Position numbers and translations under genes: made by a program. The notes under the pieces are model-generated. The model worked only from the letters and a program-made list of their open reading frames with translations, was not told where the DNA came from and ran no database searches. Below are positions 42,102 to 57,507 of a stretch of 64,000 nucleotides of DNA, in pieces; positions within the stretch are counted from its first letter, which is position 1; every line of letters begins with the position of its first letter. This stretch comes from the human T2T-CHM13v2.0 reference genome, Homo sapiens: assembly GCF_009914755.1 (NCBI RefSeq), contig NC_060937.1. One strand, given 5' to 3'.

Positions 42102-43900
42102 AAAACAATCTATGATTTCAGTGCTCTCCCCATCAAAGTTCTAATGGAATTTTCACAAAAATAGGGAAAACTAAACCCTCATAAAGAACAAAAAATGATG
42201 CCAAATAGCCAAAGCAATTTTGAGAAAGAACAAAGGTGTAAGTGTCACACTTTCTGATTCAAACTATACTACAAAGCTGTTGTAATCAAAATAGTATGGT
42301 ACTGGCATAAAAATAGGCACACAGATAAATGAAGGAGAATAAGGAGCCTAGACATAAACCCATATATATATTTTCAAATAATCTGTTACAAGAATATGAA
42401 GAACACACACTGAAGGAAGCATAGTCCCTTCAATAAATGCATTGGGAAACTGGATGTTCACATGCAAAAAAATAAAATAAAAATGAACCCATATCTTACA
42501 TCACTTAATTAACTAGAAATAGATAAAGACATAAACATAAAACTTGAAATCATTAAACTCCTGTAAGGAAACACAGGGACAAAGCCCCATGACATTGGTC
42601 TTGGCAATAATTTTTTGGGATATGAGACCAAAAGCACATGGAACTAAGGCAAAAATAAATGAGCAAGACTGCAAAAATAAACAAACAAGACTGCTTCAAA
42701 CTAAAAACCTTCTTCACATCAAATAAAACAATCAATAGAGTGAAAAGGAAACCTTTGTTTTAGTTGAAGATATTAGCAAATCATACACCTAATAAAGGAG
42801 ATTAATATCCAAAATACATATGGAAATCCTACAGTTTAATAACGAAATATAAATAACCTGTTTAATAGATGGGCAAAAAACTTGAAAAGGCATTATCTGA
42901 AGAATACATACAAATAGACACCAGCTGTATAAAAATGTGATCAGCATTACTAATAATGAGGGAAAAGTACATCAAAACCACAAGAAGATATTATCTCACA
43001 CCTGTTAGAATAGCTCTCATAAGAAAAAAGAAAAAAAAACATAAATGTCAGTGAGTATGTGGAAAAATATGAACTCTATACATTGTTAGTGGTATTGTAA
43101 AATTATACAGCTTCTATGTAAAGCAGCATGGAAATTCTTCACGAGATTAAAATAGAACGACCATATGACTCAGTAATTCCACTTCTGTGTATATACTCAA
43201 AAGTACTGAAATCAGGGTATGGAAGAGATATTTTCATTCACATATTAATTGTAGCATTATTCACAATATTCAAGATAAGAAACAACTTAAATGTCTATTG
43301 ATGATGAAAATATTTTTAAAATGTCGTATATACACAAAATGGAATATTATTCAGCCTGAAAAAAGGAAGAAGATCTTGCCATAGGTGACAATGTTAATGA
43401 CCCTGGAGAACGTTATGCTAAGTAAAATAAGTAAGTCACAGAAAAACAAATACTGCATGATTTCATTTACATGAGGTATCTAAATAGTCAGACACATAAA
43501 AATAAAGAGGAAAATGGTGGTCATCAAGAGATGAGAAGATGGAAAAATGAAGAATATTTTTTCATTGGGTATGAAGTTTCAGCTATATAAGATAAATAAG
43601 TTTTAGAGAAATGTTTAACATATGCCTACACTTAGCAATATGTTATCTTGTATTTAAAATTTTTATTGAGAGATTTGGTGTAATGTTAAGTGTAAATTTC
43701 TAGGAAAATCTGGCACTAAACATTAGAAACAAGAAAACAAACATGAAAAACATAAAGAAGCATGAGAAACTTCTGAAGTGATAAATATTTCCTTGATTGC
43801 AGTGATGGTTTTATGAATATACATATATATCAAAAGTCATCAAATTGTATACATTAAAAATGTGCACTTTTTTATATCAATTATATTTTAATAAAGTTAT

Positions 43901-44560
43901 TAAAAATAATTTAACAAGAATATGGTATAAAATATCACTAAACAAAAATAAAATGTAATTAAAAATATTTCTATAAACAAACAGCAAATAATTGGAAATA
44001 TTTAAAATTCCATTATCTGTAAAATACTTATGGAGAATCTGAAACAAATAGGTGCAATACTTGTACATTGAAAACTATGAAACAATCCAGTGAGAAATTA
44101 AGCAAATCTTAAATATATGCAAAGATATACTGTGTTCATGAATAGAAAAACTAAATATTTTGAAGTATTACTTCTTAAATTATTAATTCAATACAATCCC
44201 AATTATAATTGCAGAGGCTTTTCTTTCCTAGAAATTGACAAACATGCCTTACAATATTAATGAAAACACAGAGGATTCAGGAGTAATAAAAATAAACTTT
44301 CAAAGTACACTTTTGAAGTAATACACTACCTGATTTTGGCATTCACTTTACCAATATGTTATTTAAGTAAACATGGTTATAGCATAAGGATAGATATGGC
44401 TGAATAAAATGGAGAATTCTGGAAGAGACCCACACTTATACATTAAAGTTACTTATATAAAAGCAACAAAAAAGTAATAAGAACAAATAATATTTTCAAG
44501 AAATGTTATTATAACAACAGTTTACTTACTTTTCTTTTTTAAAAAAATATCTTTGATTTA
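43901..44560 (+). mobile_element. Ancient L1M ORF2, right part continuing 34285-34472
   Basis: ttgtacattgaaaactatgaaaca, aaagatatactgtgttcatgaatagaaaaact, aatacactacctgatttt and ggaagagacccacactta follow L1 ORF2 order. Confidence 0.75.
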
Positions 44561-45399
44561 CCCTTCCAGATAATTTCTGCCTTTCAACATTTTTAGATTT
44601 AGACATTTTTTCTCCTCAATTTCCCTCACATTTTCTTCAATACTGATGAATTCTGTTATTCCTGATTACAACAAGTGACATAAAATCAAAAGAAACAAAC
44701 AAAACAATAGAGCACAATGGTTAATGTCAATGGAATTATTTTAACAGTATGGTATGGCCAGAAAAAGCAAGACTAAAAAATAACTTTGGGTGTGTAGCTT
44801 CATAACACTTGAAAAAAAGTTGCTTCATAACACTTCAAAACAAAATAAATATTTTTATTGTTCTAGCTTCTATTGTCATTGCTCTTATTTTATTTCACTT
44901 TGGTACTTATTGTTTTCTGAAATTGTAAATGCATAACATAACAGCAGAATGTCTCATGTTAAGATGCTGGTGAAGACTAGAACACTAGCCCCTACAAAGA
45001 CCGCTTAGTAAGGTTCTAGGAAACACATACGGAGGGTAATACTACTATATATATACATCTTCATGTATGACAAGCCAACCTCTGATCTAGTGGGAGGAAT
45101 GAAGAAGCAAATAAGAATCTTGAACTTCTCAGAAGTTATTCTGTAGATCTTTATATAGGAAAGTAAACAATTTACATCTAGTCAGTGAGAGGAAACGTGA
45201 CAGATTAAAACTCAGAAACTATGGCAGACAAAGAAGGGAGGGGTGGGAATGAATTATAAAGCCTATTATATGCTATGCTAAAAGGTTCAGTGTAAAAGAA
45301 GACTTCTGAATGTAAATGCCCTTAAACTGATTTTTTTAAGAAAAGTGACTGGCCAAGTGTTGAAAGAATTAAGGAATAGTTACTATATTTCAGGCAGTC

Positions 45400-45594
45400 A
45401 ACAAGCTAATATATGTAAGCTGATGTATGTATATTATATATAGTCCTTTAACTCTTGCAGCAAATTGCATAAGGTAATTGTTATTTAACTGAAGCCTGGA
45501 GAAGTTAAGTAGTTTACCCAAGATGTATCCGTAGCAAAACGAATTTAAAATATAGGTAAAAATAACACCAAGTACCGGCTTCTTTCCATTACAC
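45400..45594 (-). mobile_element. MIR SINE
   Basis: aactgaagcctggagaagttaagtagtttacccaaga ... ctttccattacac. Confidence 0.7.
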
Positions 45595-46000
45595 CAGTGA
45601 TTTTTAACTGTGGATGATTTTGTTCCCATTCCACCCCCCAAATACCAGTACATTTGGCAATGTCTGGAGACATTTTTGATTATCTCTAAAACCGGACTGG
45701 GACAGGGGTACAATGACACAAATGACATCTTGTAGAAACAGGCAAGGGATGCCACTAAACATTCAACAATGTACAGGCCATTTCCCTCAGCAAAGAATTA
45801 TCCAATACTAAATGCCAACAGTACCAAGGCTACATTTTTTATTATCTCTAAAACCGGACTGGCACAGGGGCACAATGACACAAATGACATTTAGTAGAGG
45901 CAAGAGATGCCACTAAACATTCAACAATGTACAGGCCATTTCCCTCGGCAAATAATTATCCAATACTAAATGCTAACAGTGCCAAGGCTGAGAAACTCTG
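45595..46000 (+). mobile_element. MER20 (hAT-Charlie MITE) with a ~160-bp internal tandem duplication
   Basis: Ends cagtgatttttaac ... ctgagaaactctg; acatttggcaatgtctggagacattttt; duplicated block 45670-45831 / 45832-45989. Confidence 0.92.
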
Positions 46001-47084
46001 CGCTATGTAGAGTTTCACCGTGCCAAGTAGACAAGCCAAAAGTATTTTATTAAGACAGAAGAAAGGATACTCTAAAGAGATGTGACAGAACATACATTTG
46101 AATAGCTATATTTGAATGCAATGATAAAGAATCCAAAATTTATCCTAACAACAATATGGTCTTGGAGAAAATGTCGACAATGCATTATGCTCTTCTTTTA
46201 AATTCATTCATTCATCTACAAATCCAGAGTGTTTTCATGGTGTTACTCTAAAATTATTCTCATACTCTCATCAATCAAAAAATAAAAAATTATAGACATA
46301 CCCCATCACACGTGAGACATAGACATAAAATAAATATAATCTAAAAGTAAATTCTGAAACTAATTTATATGTATAATATATGATATAACTTTAATATATT
46401 TTCTGACAAGAGTATTAAATGTTTGGCAAAAAGAAAAAAAAACCTATTAGTGTATTTATTGTCAGCATAAAATATGTCAAGTCCTATTCATCTAATATAA
46501 AATCCTGGAAGCAATTCCACTTACAGAAAATGCTCTGGATTTCCTCCGAAGGTGGAATTTATAGAAGGACAGTGATTTGAAAAGATTGCCAATTCATTTC
46601 AGTTTTACCATTACATAGAGAAGATGGGACAGAAGGGGGAAAAAAGAAATGAGGAAAATAAAGATGGTAAAAGGCTAATTCTGACTGTTATAGATTGAAG
46701 CCAAAAAAACAGCCAAAGAGTGAGCTCTAATGGTACACACATAGATCTTTAATAGGCTGTCAACTTCAACACATCACCATAAAGAAAGTTAAGGCTAAGT
46801 TAGTTTGGGATTTGGTGAGCAAAAAGAAAGTAAGTAAAAATGATGTATTTTTATAAATATAATTAGCAATTATTTTTCCATAGACAACTATTAATGATCT
46901 CATAATGAGTATTATACTTTTTATCCTTATCTACTGTGATGATAATGGCTATTATAATATCATACAGTTATTCACATAATAGTTTTCTTTTCCTGATTTC
47001 ACCCTTGGGAATATAGTTCTTGGCTTAAAATAAAAGTTTGTAATCACAAAGACTTTGATATTTTAAGAGATCTTAAATATGAAA

Positions 47085-47403
47085 TATGGGTTGGAGGTAG
47101 AAGGATGAATAGGCAAAGCACAGAGCACAGAGGATTTTTAGGACAATGAAAATATTCTGTATGATGCTATAATGATGGTTATGTATCATTATACATTTTC
47201 CCAGACCTGTAGAATATACAACTCCAAGAGTAATCTTCAAGTAAATAATAGATTTTGGGTGACAATGATACGTAAATTCATTGAGTTATCTTATGAATTT
47301 AATGTGTCTAATGTAGGTTCATTAAATGTAGCAAGCATACCACTCTGGTGGGGGATGCGGATGATACAGGAGGCTATGCATGTGCTGTAGCTAGCAGGCA
47401 GTA
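47085..47403 (+). mobile_element. L1MC1/2-like 3' end, left part; resumes at 48747-48825 after HSMAR2
   Basis: ggatgaataggcaaagcacagag...ggaggctatgcatgtg; after the mariner, tatatgaaaaatctttataccttcc...gaacctaaaacttctctaaaa. Confidence 0.85.
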
Positions 47404-47404
47404 A

Positions 47405-48746
47405 TAAGGGGACTTCGATAAATTTTGTGGAAAATACAATTAAAAGATAAAAATAAAAAAACATAAGCTTTATGTCTTCACAGAAGCTCCATCAATGTTG
47501 AGAAATTGTTAGTGATGATACCAGCCATTCAGTTCATTCATAAAGAACTGAGTGAGGGTGCTGGGAATTCAACTGCCAATGCAGTTGTTTTTATGTCATT
47601 AACTGAAGAAAAATAAAAGTGCTTTATAAATCTTTTAAGATTAGGAGACAAAAAGAAGTCAGGAGGAGCCAAATCAGGATTGCAGATTGTAAAGTAGATG
47701 TTTAATGATCTGCCATGGAAAGTCACAAAATTGCCCTGGTTTGATAACAATACTGAGCAGAAGTATTGTTGTGGTAGAGAAGGACCCTCTGATGAAGCAT
47801 CCTGGGGATTTTTCTGCTAGAGCTTTGGTTAACTTTCTCAAAACACTCGCATAATAAGTAGATGTCATATTTCTTTGGCCCTCCAGAAAGTCAACAAGCA
47901 AAATATTTCAGCAACCTCCCAAAATTGTTGCCATGATCGTTGCTCTTGACTGATCCACTTTTGCTTTGACAGAACAACTTCCACATTTTGGTAGCCGTTG
48001 CTTTGATTGTGCTTTGTCTCCAGAATTGCACCAGTGAAGCCATGTATTATCTCCCATCATAATTCTTCAAGATTATGTTTCAGGATCTTGATTTCACTTT
48101 TTGAAAATTTCCGTTTAAAGCTCTGCCCTTGTCTACCGCTGACCTTGGCACAAGGGTTTTGCCACTTACTGAGTGAAAAGTTCGCTCAACTTTAATTTTT
48201 TAGTTTTGCCACTTACTGAGTGAAAAGTTCGCTCAACTTTAGTTTTTTAGTCAGTATTGTGCAAGCTGAACCGATTGAGATGCCTATGGTGTTGGCTATT
48301 GTTTCTGCTGTTAAATTGTTAGTCCTTTTCAATTAGGGCAAGAACAAGATTAATTTTTTTTCTCATAAATTGTTGTGACCAATGTGGGCTTCCTCTTTAA
48401 CAATGTCAACATTGTCTTGTTACTTCTCAGTACAAGCTATCCGTTTGATTTATGCCGGGCATTATTTCCATAAAATTTTCATAAAGCATCAGTGATTTCA
48501 CTATTTTTCTACCTAAGCTTCACCATAAATTTGATGTTTGCTCTTGCTTAAATTTTAGCAAAATTTATGTTACTCTAATAGGGGCTCTTTTCAGACTGAT
48601 GTCTCATCCTTCTTAGTGATTCAAACTAGAGTCTGTTCAGACATGTTACTACAGGTTAGTATAAAGTTATTTTGCACAAAAAAATCTTGGAATCCATGCA
48701 TAGTTTTTCATAGTATTTATGTTCTATGACATTTTAAGTCCCTTTC
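47405..48746 (-). mobile_element. HSMAR2 mariner DNA transposon, full length, transposase disrupted
   Basis: ~1.3 kb with degenerate TIRs (aggggacttc...tggaaaat / aagtcccttt); minus-strand peptides LVDFLEGQRNMTSTYYASVLRKL and PDLAPPDFFLSPNLK (mariner YSPDLAPSD motif). Confidence 0.93.
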
Positions 48747-49649
48747 TATATGAAAAATCTTTATACCTTCCTCCCTGTTTTGCTATGAACCTAAAACTTC
48801 TCTAAAATATCAAGTCTTTAAAAATGGGTTAATTACCCTATTAACCAACTAATGACATCTCTTTCTCTCTCTCTCTTTGTTTCTCCCTGTGTCTCTTCTC
48901 TTTCTCACTTGGATAAGCTGTTGGTGATTAAACACAAATTAGTAGAAATTGGGATACTATCTACCAACAATTTCATTCATTCATTTTAAGGAAGATATAT
49001 ATTAATACCTCCAGAAAAATGCATATCTTTTCTTTATTTCCATTTGGAATTTTAATGGATCCACATCCAAAGGGGTAAATTCTTAATCATATAATTTGCT
49101 TTTCTGTAAAATCTTGAAATAGTCCTTCCAAGAAATTTTTGACTAAGAAAATTTATATTAACATACCCCCATAATTTTTCCCATTATAAACATTTCCCTT
49201 AGGCACTTTATTTCTGCATTACATATGTTGCATAAGCATTGTTTCATTATTTTTTACTTTTATTTCATTAATTTTTATTTAAATATCTGACCAACAAACA
49301 CAATGTCAGATTTATTGCTTTTTACACTAGATTGTTTCTCAAGGAAGTTAAAATATATCATTGTATAGAACAATTAGAGAATTTTTATTCTAACAGTAAC
49401 CTAATGGATTATTTATTATACTACATACAAGTTTCAAGAATAATAAAAGTCCCTCTAAAACATAAAATACAACAAACTCTGTTATATTAACTAGGTATAA
49501 AAAAGTGTTTTTTCACCTTAATATTATAATAAAATTGAACTTCCGAAGTAAATAGAAAGGTAAGAGGTACTAAAATAAAATGTTAACTGTTAGTGGAGTT
49601 ACCAGGTAAAGAATAGTGTTAATATTTACTTTGGGCAGTGAAAGTTTGG

Positions 49650-50060
49650 GGTTTTTTACACTTGTGAAAATACATCACACCTGGGAAAGGGAGCTTGAAA
49701 AAGCAAAGCGAAACCGTTTGAGCTCAAAATTACAACTGGGGAATCCTCACTGAGAAGGAAACACCCCAAATATACATTGATGAATGCTGGCGTAAGGCCT
49801 GGGTTTAATTAGAAAATTAACTCTTCAGCTGTCATCCATCAGAGTGGAGACATCTGCAAGTGATAGAAGAAGATGGAGAGAAACTACCACTGAGATTCAC
49901 TGCAAAGAGAAAATCTAAAGCAAAGGGAAGAGCAGACATTGAGAAAAGTTTCTGCCAAACAAAATGACCCTCAACACAACATAATGTAAAAAGAATTTAA
50001 AACCTATTGTGTACTGAGGGCAGAAATACCAAAAAACAAGCTCAAACTGAGTTAAAACAT
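49650..50060 (+). mobile_element. Old L1MC/MD-type 5' UTR fragment
   Basis: agaatttaaaacctattgtgtactgagggc...aagctcaaact resembles recalled L1MC/MD 5'-end consensus. Confidence 0.45.
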
Positions 50061-50119
50061 ATGAAGTGGTATATCTGTGATCTTTTTGTAGCAATCTGAT
50101 TATTATTAATTCATTATAT

Positions 50120-51780
50120 TTACCTCCTTAGTTCACCACTCCAAAATTGTTTTAGCTTTTCTCATGGTAGTGTGCTGCACTTGACAGCCTATTAGGTGTC
50201 AGTCTATGTGCCATGAGAAGCTCATTCATATACTTTTGAGCCCCTTCCTTTTCCTTCTTTTTCTCTCATCTCCTTGGTGTGTAATGATAATGATGAAATG
50301 AATTGATAGTATTTACCTTGGATTATTCATACTTCTTCTCCCCAGGAATTCCACCTACAATAGATTTCCAGGCCTTTTTTTTTTCTTTTGGTCCAGAACA
50401 CTTCTAGGATTTTCAAAATGAAGTTCTTCAATTTTTATCTTCTTACTTTTCCAAAAGACATTCTAATATTAATTTCTTCAGGGCCTGGACTTCTTGTCTG
50501 CAATTTATTTCTGAGTAGGCTTATTAAATTCTATAATTTTAAACACGAATACAATAATAGTTATTCTCTTTTTCAAATTTCTGGTTTATATTTATCTTTT
50601 GATCTTGCGTACCCTGCTGGCTATTTGGAATATTTTCTTTAATTCTTATAGGCATCCCAAATATAACATGGCTAGGAGAAATAATCTGAATGTTTCCTAC
50701 CACATTTGGCACTATCTCAAAAATGATGCTGAAACTTCCCCGATTGTCAAGGCAATTAGTGGAAATGTCCATGTTATCAATTTCTTAGCAAAGATCTAAT
50801 TTATTCTACTCCCGAAGGTAAAGTTAATGGTTCTGCCATCTTTCTCAACCTCTACTTCCACCATACCAATTATGGCTGTCATCCTCTTTCTCTGAACTAC
50901 TGTTAGCTTCTCTAACCAGAGTCCCTGCTTATACAATTGCCTGCCTAAAATATATTTTTAAAAATATGTCTTTATATTGTTAAAACCCAACTAAATCATT
51001 CCTATTTCAACTACCATGAAACACAATTTCATGACCATGAGTGTCTTTCAATTTTTTTTTTTTTTTTTTTGACAGAGTTTCGCTCTTGTTGCCCAGGCTG
51101 GAGTGCAATGGCACTATCTCGGCTCACTGCAACCTCCGCCTCTGGGTTCAAGCGATTCTCCTGCCTCAGCCTCCCGAGTAGCTAGGATTACAGGCATGTG
51201 CCACCACGCCCAGCTAATTTTTGTATTTTTAGTAGAGATGGGGTTTCACCACGTTGGCCAGACTGGTCTCAAACTCCTGACCTCGTGATCCACTTGCCTC
51301 GGCCTTCCAAAGTGTGGGATTTCAGTTTTTCAAATTTTTATATGCATATCTGGCACCTCATGTTATGCTTCAATATAGTCTAGGCACCTTGGTATTGAAC
51401 ACAATCTGTACCCATGTCTGTATTATTTTCCCTACAGCTTTTTCATACAACTGATTTCCACCTTACTCTTTACATTTCAACAGAAACCTTACTTCTTTAG
51501 AAAGTACACCTCTGACTTACCTATATAAATACATATTTTCTATTACTTTCTCTCACACATACCTGATCACTTCCTTGTCATAATCTGCAGTATTATGTGT
51601 GTGTGTGTGTATGTGTGACTGTGTATATGACTCTGTGTGTGTGCGTTAAGGATGTACTGTTTCTCTTTTCTATTTAAAAGTAAACTCCATGAAGGCAGGA
51701 ACCATTCTTGTATTATATGTGCCTTTCCTCAATGTTGAGAACAATGCCTGGTACTTGATTAATATGCATTGAATGGACTA
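50120..51780 (+). mobile_element. L2 LINE (L2a-like) interrupted by an Alu
   Basis: ataggcatcccaaatataacatgg; 3' end aaagtaaactccatgaaggcaggaacc...aacaatgcctggtac...ttgaatgga. Confidence 0.75.
51052..51321 (-). mobile_element. AluS, slightly 5'-truncated
   Basis: Poly-T, then gacagagtttcgctcttgttgcccaggctggagtgcaatgg ... ccaaagtgtgggatt. Confidence 0.96.
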
Positions 51781-51982
51781 GCAGTTAATTCCAATAATGA
51801 TATAAAGATGTACACAGTTTGCCTCAAATAGATATTTAATTTTTATTCTTTATAAAATTTCTAAAATAAAATTTAATAAAAAATATGTTAAAGTGAAATA
51901 TGAAAGGGTTGTTTACTTGCACAAGATCATTTAAGCATACAAAAGTTCGAAAAACCTTTCATAATTAATTAATATGGGTACC

Positions 51983-52355
51983 TGTCTTAGTCTGTTTGGA
52001 TTCTTATAATAAAATGTATCAGACTGCATAATTTATAAGCTACAGACATTTATCCCTCATAGTTCTGGAGGCTGGGAAGTCACAGATAATTGTGCCAGCA
52101 GATCAGTAAAGATCAGTGTCTGGTGAGGGCTTGTTCTTTTTTTCCAAGATGGCAACTTCTTGCTGTGTCCCACACGGCTGAAGGAGAAAACAAGCTCTCT
52201 TGAGTCTCTTCAATGAGGGCGTTAATTACAGTCACAAGTGTTCACCCTCATGATTTGATTACCTCCCAAAAGGCTCCATCTCTTAATACTATTGCAGTGG
52301 GGATTAGGTTACAACATATTAATCTGAGGGGAACACAAACATTCTAACCATAGCA
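51983..52355 (-). mobile_element. MLT1A-type MaLR solo LTR
   Basis: tgtcttagtctgtttgg ... agttctggaggctgggaagtc ... cacaaacattctaaccatagca. Confidence 0.9.
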
Positions 52356-54017
52356 TTCTCTTGCAAGATGCACCTGTGGACTTATGAAGCTAAAATACAG
52401 TATCGCTTATTCCCTACTTCAAAATGAATGACTATCCACTTAGGAAACCATGATTTATGTTAATTGCCAGTGGCCAATATAATTTATTCTATCTAGTGTT
52501 GAATACATTGTCTTTCTTGTGTGCTGGAAAATTGTATTCAGTATGTACTTACTTAATGTTTAACTCTTAGTTATGTTGGGCCTCCTTTGTGAGCACATCT
52601 ATCAATCATATAATGACAATAACAATAACAAAATACAGAAGATAAGAGAATGAGGAGGAGAAGCAGCTTTGAAAGTGGGGATGGAGAAGTTAAGAGTCTC
52701 TAAGTGCCGGTTTTCTTAGCTTAGAGCCTGAAAAATAGTGCTGTTAAATATTTGCCATATTCAACTGAAGTGACAAAAAGTAAGAAGGGAAGGAGGGAAA
52801 GATAAAGAAAATAAGGTGGAAGCAAAAACATTGGTAAAGTAGACATAAGAGTAATGAAACATAAAAATAATTTTAATGGAAGAAAGAATTGAAAATATGA
52901 CAAATCAACGGAAAAATGCAGTATGTGATTTATTCTTTATATTATAAATCCCCCAAAGACATTTGTATTTTTCCTTGGCTACCTTAGTACATTAAATATA
53001 TTTTTCTTTTGAAAATAATTTGTTCAAAATCTTCAAGCAACAGAAATCTTTCTAAATACTTTTTAATTATATAAAATAGCTACAGGAAGTTGTATATTTT
53101 TTGGAATATTGATAAAGGAGCATAATTTATGTTACCACATTTTTATGATTTTGATGAAACTCATAAACATTTTAAATCCTGGATACATATTTTTTCCAAA
53201 GCTGAATTGTACTTTGCAAGTTCAATTAGTGTTTTTAACTACCATTAGTTAGTCAAAACATTTCTAGATTGGAGCATATCTTTCACCTTCCCTGACTTGT
53301 AAAAAAATGAATCAATAAAAGAGCTTTTGTACTTGCGCAAATTGAGATGATTGCAAAAAACTGATTTTTCTCCATTATTTCTGCTGCCACTATGATAGGA
53401 ACTGCTGATGACTGTGGCTAAGCCACATTTCAGAAGGGTTTCAGAACCAACCCTTCTTTCCCCTCATGCTGGAGCTGAGAAAAATAAATGTATCGAGACC
53501 CCTTTCTTTGACACAATTTCAAATAGTTAGACAGGTGTAACAGTTTTTGTTCTTGTTAATAAAGATACCAACAGCTCCTCACACACACACTGTTGATGCT
53601 ATTATAAAATTTATTCTTTACAAAAATGCCTAAATTCCCTGGAATTCTTGTGAAGTCTCCCAGCATGACTCGCAATGAGAATTGGAAGGGATTTTAGTAA
53701 TTTTTTAGACTTTTGCTCAGTGCTAATATTTCTCAGTGCTCAGTGCTAATATTTCTTACAACAATCCGACAGTTATGGTGGAATTACCTTACCTGTACAC
53801 ACAGACTCAAACACACACTCATGCACATATGTTAATCCTTTCTACAACATTGTTCAATATAGAATTTGGCTTAAATATAATTTCAAGTAATTCTGAGAAA
53901 AAATCAGGAGGAAATCTTCATCTTAGAGATATATTTAAATAAGATATATCAGGATCACTAGAATTTATGTATCTATCACCGTAGATATTGAGGCTGTAAC
54001 TTAGTTTTTGAAAGAAA

Positions 54018-54843
54018 GACACTTTTCAAAAGAAGACATAGATGCGGCCAAAAATCATATGAAAGAGAAAATGCTCAATATCACTGATCATTAGAGAAAT
54101 GCGAATCAAAACCATAATGAGATACCATTTCACACCAATCTGAATGGCTATCATTGAAAAGTCAAAAAATAATGGATGCTTGTGAGGGTGCAAAGAAAAA
54201 GGAACACTTATACACTGTTGGTGAGAATGTAAACTTTTTCAAGCATTGTGGAAGACAGTGTGGCAATTCCTCAAAGACCTAAAAACAGAAATACCATTCA
54301 GCCCAGCAATCCTATTACTGGGTATATACCCAAAGAAATATAAATTGTTCTATTATAAAGACACATGCATGTGTATGTTCATTGCAGCACCATTCACTGT
54401 AGCAAAGTCATGGAATCAACCTAAATGCCCATCAGTGATAGACTGGATAAAGAAAATGTGGTGCATGTAACACCACCATGGAATACTATGCAGCCATAAA
54501 AAAGAAAAAGATCATGACTTTTATAGGACATGAATGGAGCTGGAAGCCATTTTCCTTAGCAAAATAATGCAGGAACAGAAAACCAAATACCACATTTTCT
54601 CACTTATAAGTGGGAGCTAATTGATGACAACACATGGACACACAGAGGGGAACAACTTACACTGGGGACTATTGGAGGGTAGAAGATGGGAGGAGAAAGA
54701 GGATCAGGAAAAATAACTAAAGATACTAGGCTTAATACCTGGGTGAGGAAATGATCCATACAACAAATCCCCCATGATACAAGTTTACCTATATAGCAAA
54801 CCTGCTCATGTACCTCTGAACTTAAAATAGAAGTTAAACAACA
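54018..54843 (+). mobile_element. L1PA11-16-type LINE-1 3' end, possible TSD gaaagaaa
   Basis: ORF WKTVWQFLKDLKTEIPFSPAILLLGIYPK...[12 protein letters not shown]; 3' UTR ggatcaggaaaaataactaa; gaaagaaa at 54010-54017 and 54844-54851. Confidence 0.93.
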
Positions 54844-55693
54844 GAAAGAAATCATGCTAAATTTATTGAGACAATAATGCTTGTGTTTCTGCTTATAAAT
54901 TAAATGGATAGAAGACACCAATATTCTGGTTCTTGACAGAAGAGATTGGGTTACACAGACTAAATACTGACTAAATAACTTTCATTCTAAGAGTGAAATT
55001 GAGTTGAGATAAAACGCAAAAATTGTTCAAAATGTGTTTTTCCTGCATACATAAAACTTTGATATATAGGTTATTTTAACTATAATTCTATGTGATTTAA
55101 TATCCTACATATAGATTAAAAAGTAAATACTTCCTTTGGGGAAGTGTTAATCTTAATATTTGAACAAGATTTTGTCAATGATAGTTTATTTAAAATAATA
55201 TATTAATAGCCATTATTGACACAGGTTAAAAATAACGTTTTTATTACTTGAGTACTACTTAAGCATCATCTATCACAAAGATTTTGTGTTTTTCAGGGTT
55301 TAATGTATCCTAAACGTCAGCAAAGCCTTGAAGTCCCAGAAAAAGCAAAAATGATAGAATGATCTTGCCATAAATAATTGATAGGTACTCTAATCTTAGA
55401 AGAAATCACAGCTAATGTTAAATATAAAGAAAAAGTAAAAAAGGATGTGAGATTTTCCTGAAATTTTCAAGTTTCTTACTAAAATATATTTGAATAGACC
55501 AAGATGTAATTGGATGTATTATCTACCAAAAATAACAAAATATTTTTTTAAATTGTCTTTAGCAAACTTCAAGACATGTCTTGCTCGCCATTAATTTCAA
55601 TATCCTAGCAACAATTTTCAGTAGACTGTAGTGCAGTAAGTACAATATAACTAAGTAGTGAAGGAGAGCCATTTATTCAGCTTACTGCATGCT

Positions 55694-57280
<1,587 letters not shown>

Positions 57281-57507
57281 TTATGTACCCAGTAGTCATT
57301 CAGGAGCAGGTTGTTCAGTTTCCATGTAGTTGAGCAGTTTTGAGTGAGTTTCTTAATCCTGAGTTCTAGTTTGATTGCATTGTGGTCTGAGAGACAGTTT
57401 GTTATAATTTCTGTTCTTCTACATTTGCTGAGGAGTGCTTTACTTCCAACTATGTGGTCAGTTTTGGAATAGGTGTGGTGTGGGGCTGAAAAAAATGTAT
57501 ATTCTGT

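Noticed and set aside
45390-45755. 121-aa ORF on the minus strand
   Set aside because: Chance frame across a MIR-MER20 junction with a non-ATG start and no coding signature.
45587-46008. 8-bp TSD for MER20 (cattacac versus cgctatgt)
   Set aside because: Only 3 of 8 bases match; compatible with CpG decay but not demonstrable.
50388-50799. Overlapping ORFs that might be a processed pseudogene
   Set aside because: The nucleotide sequence matches L2 landmarks and the peptides show no recognisable protein motif.
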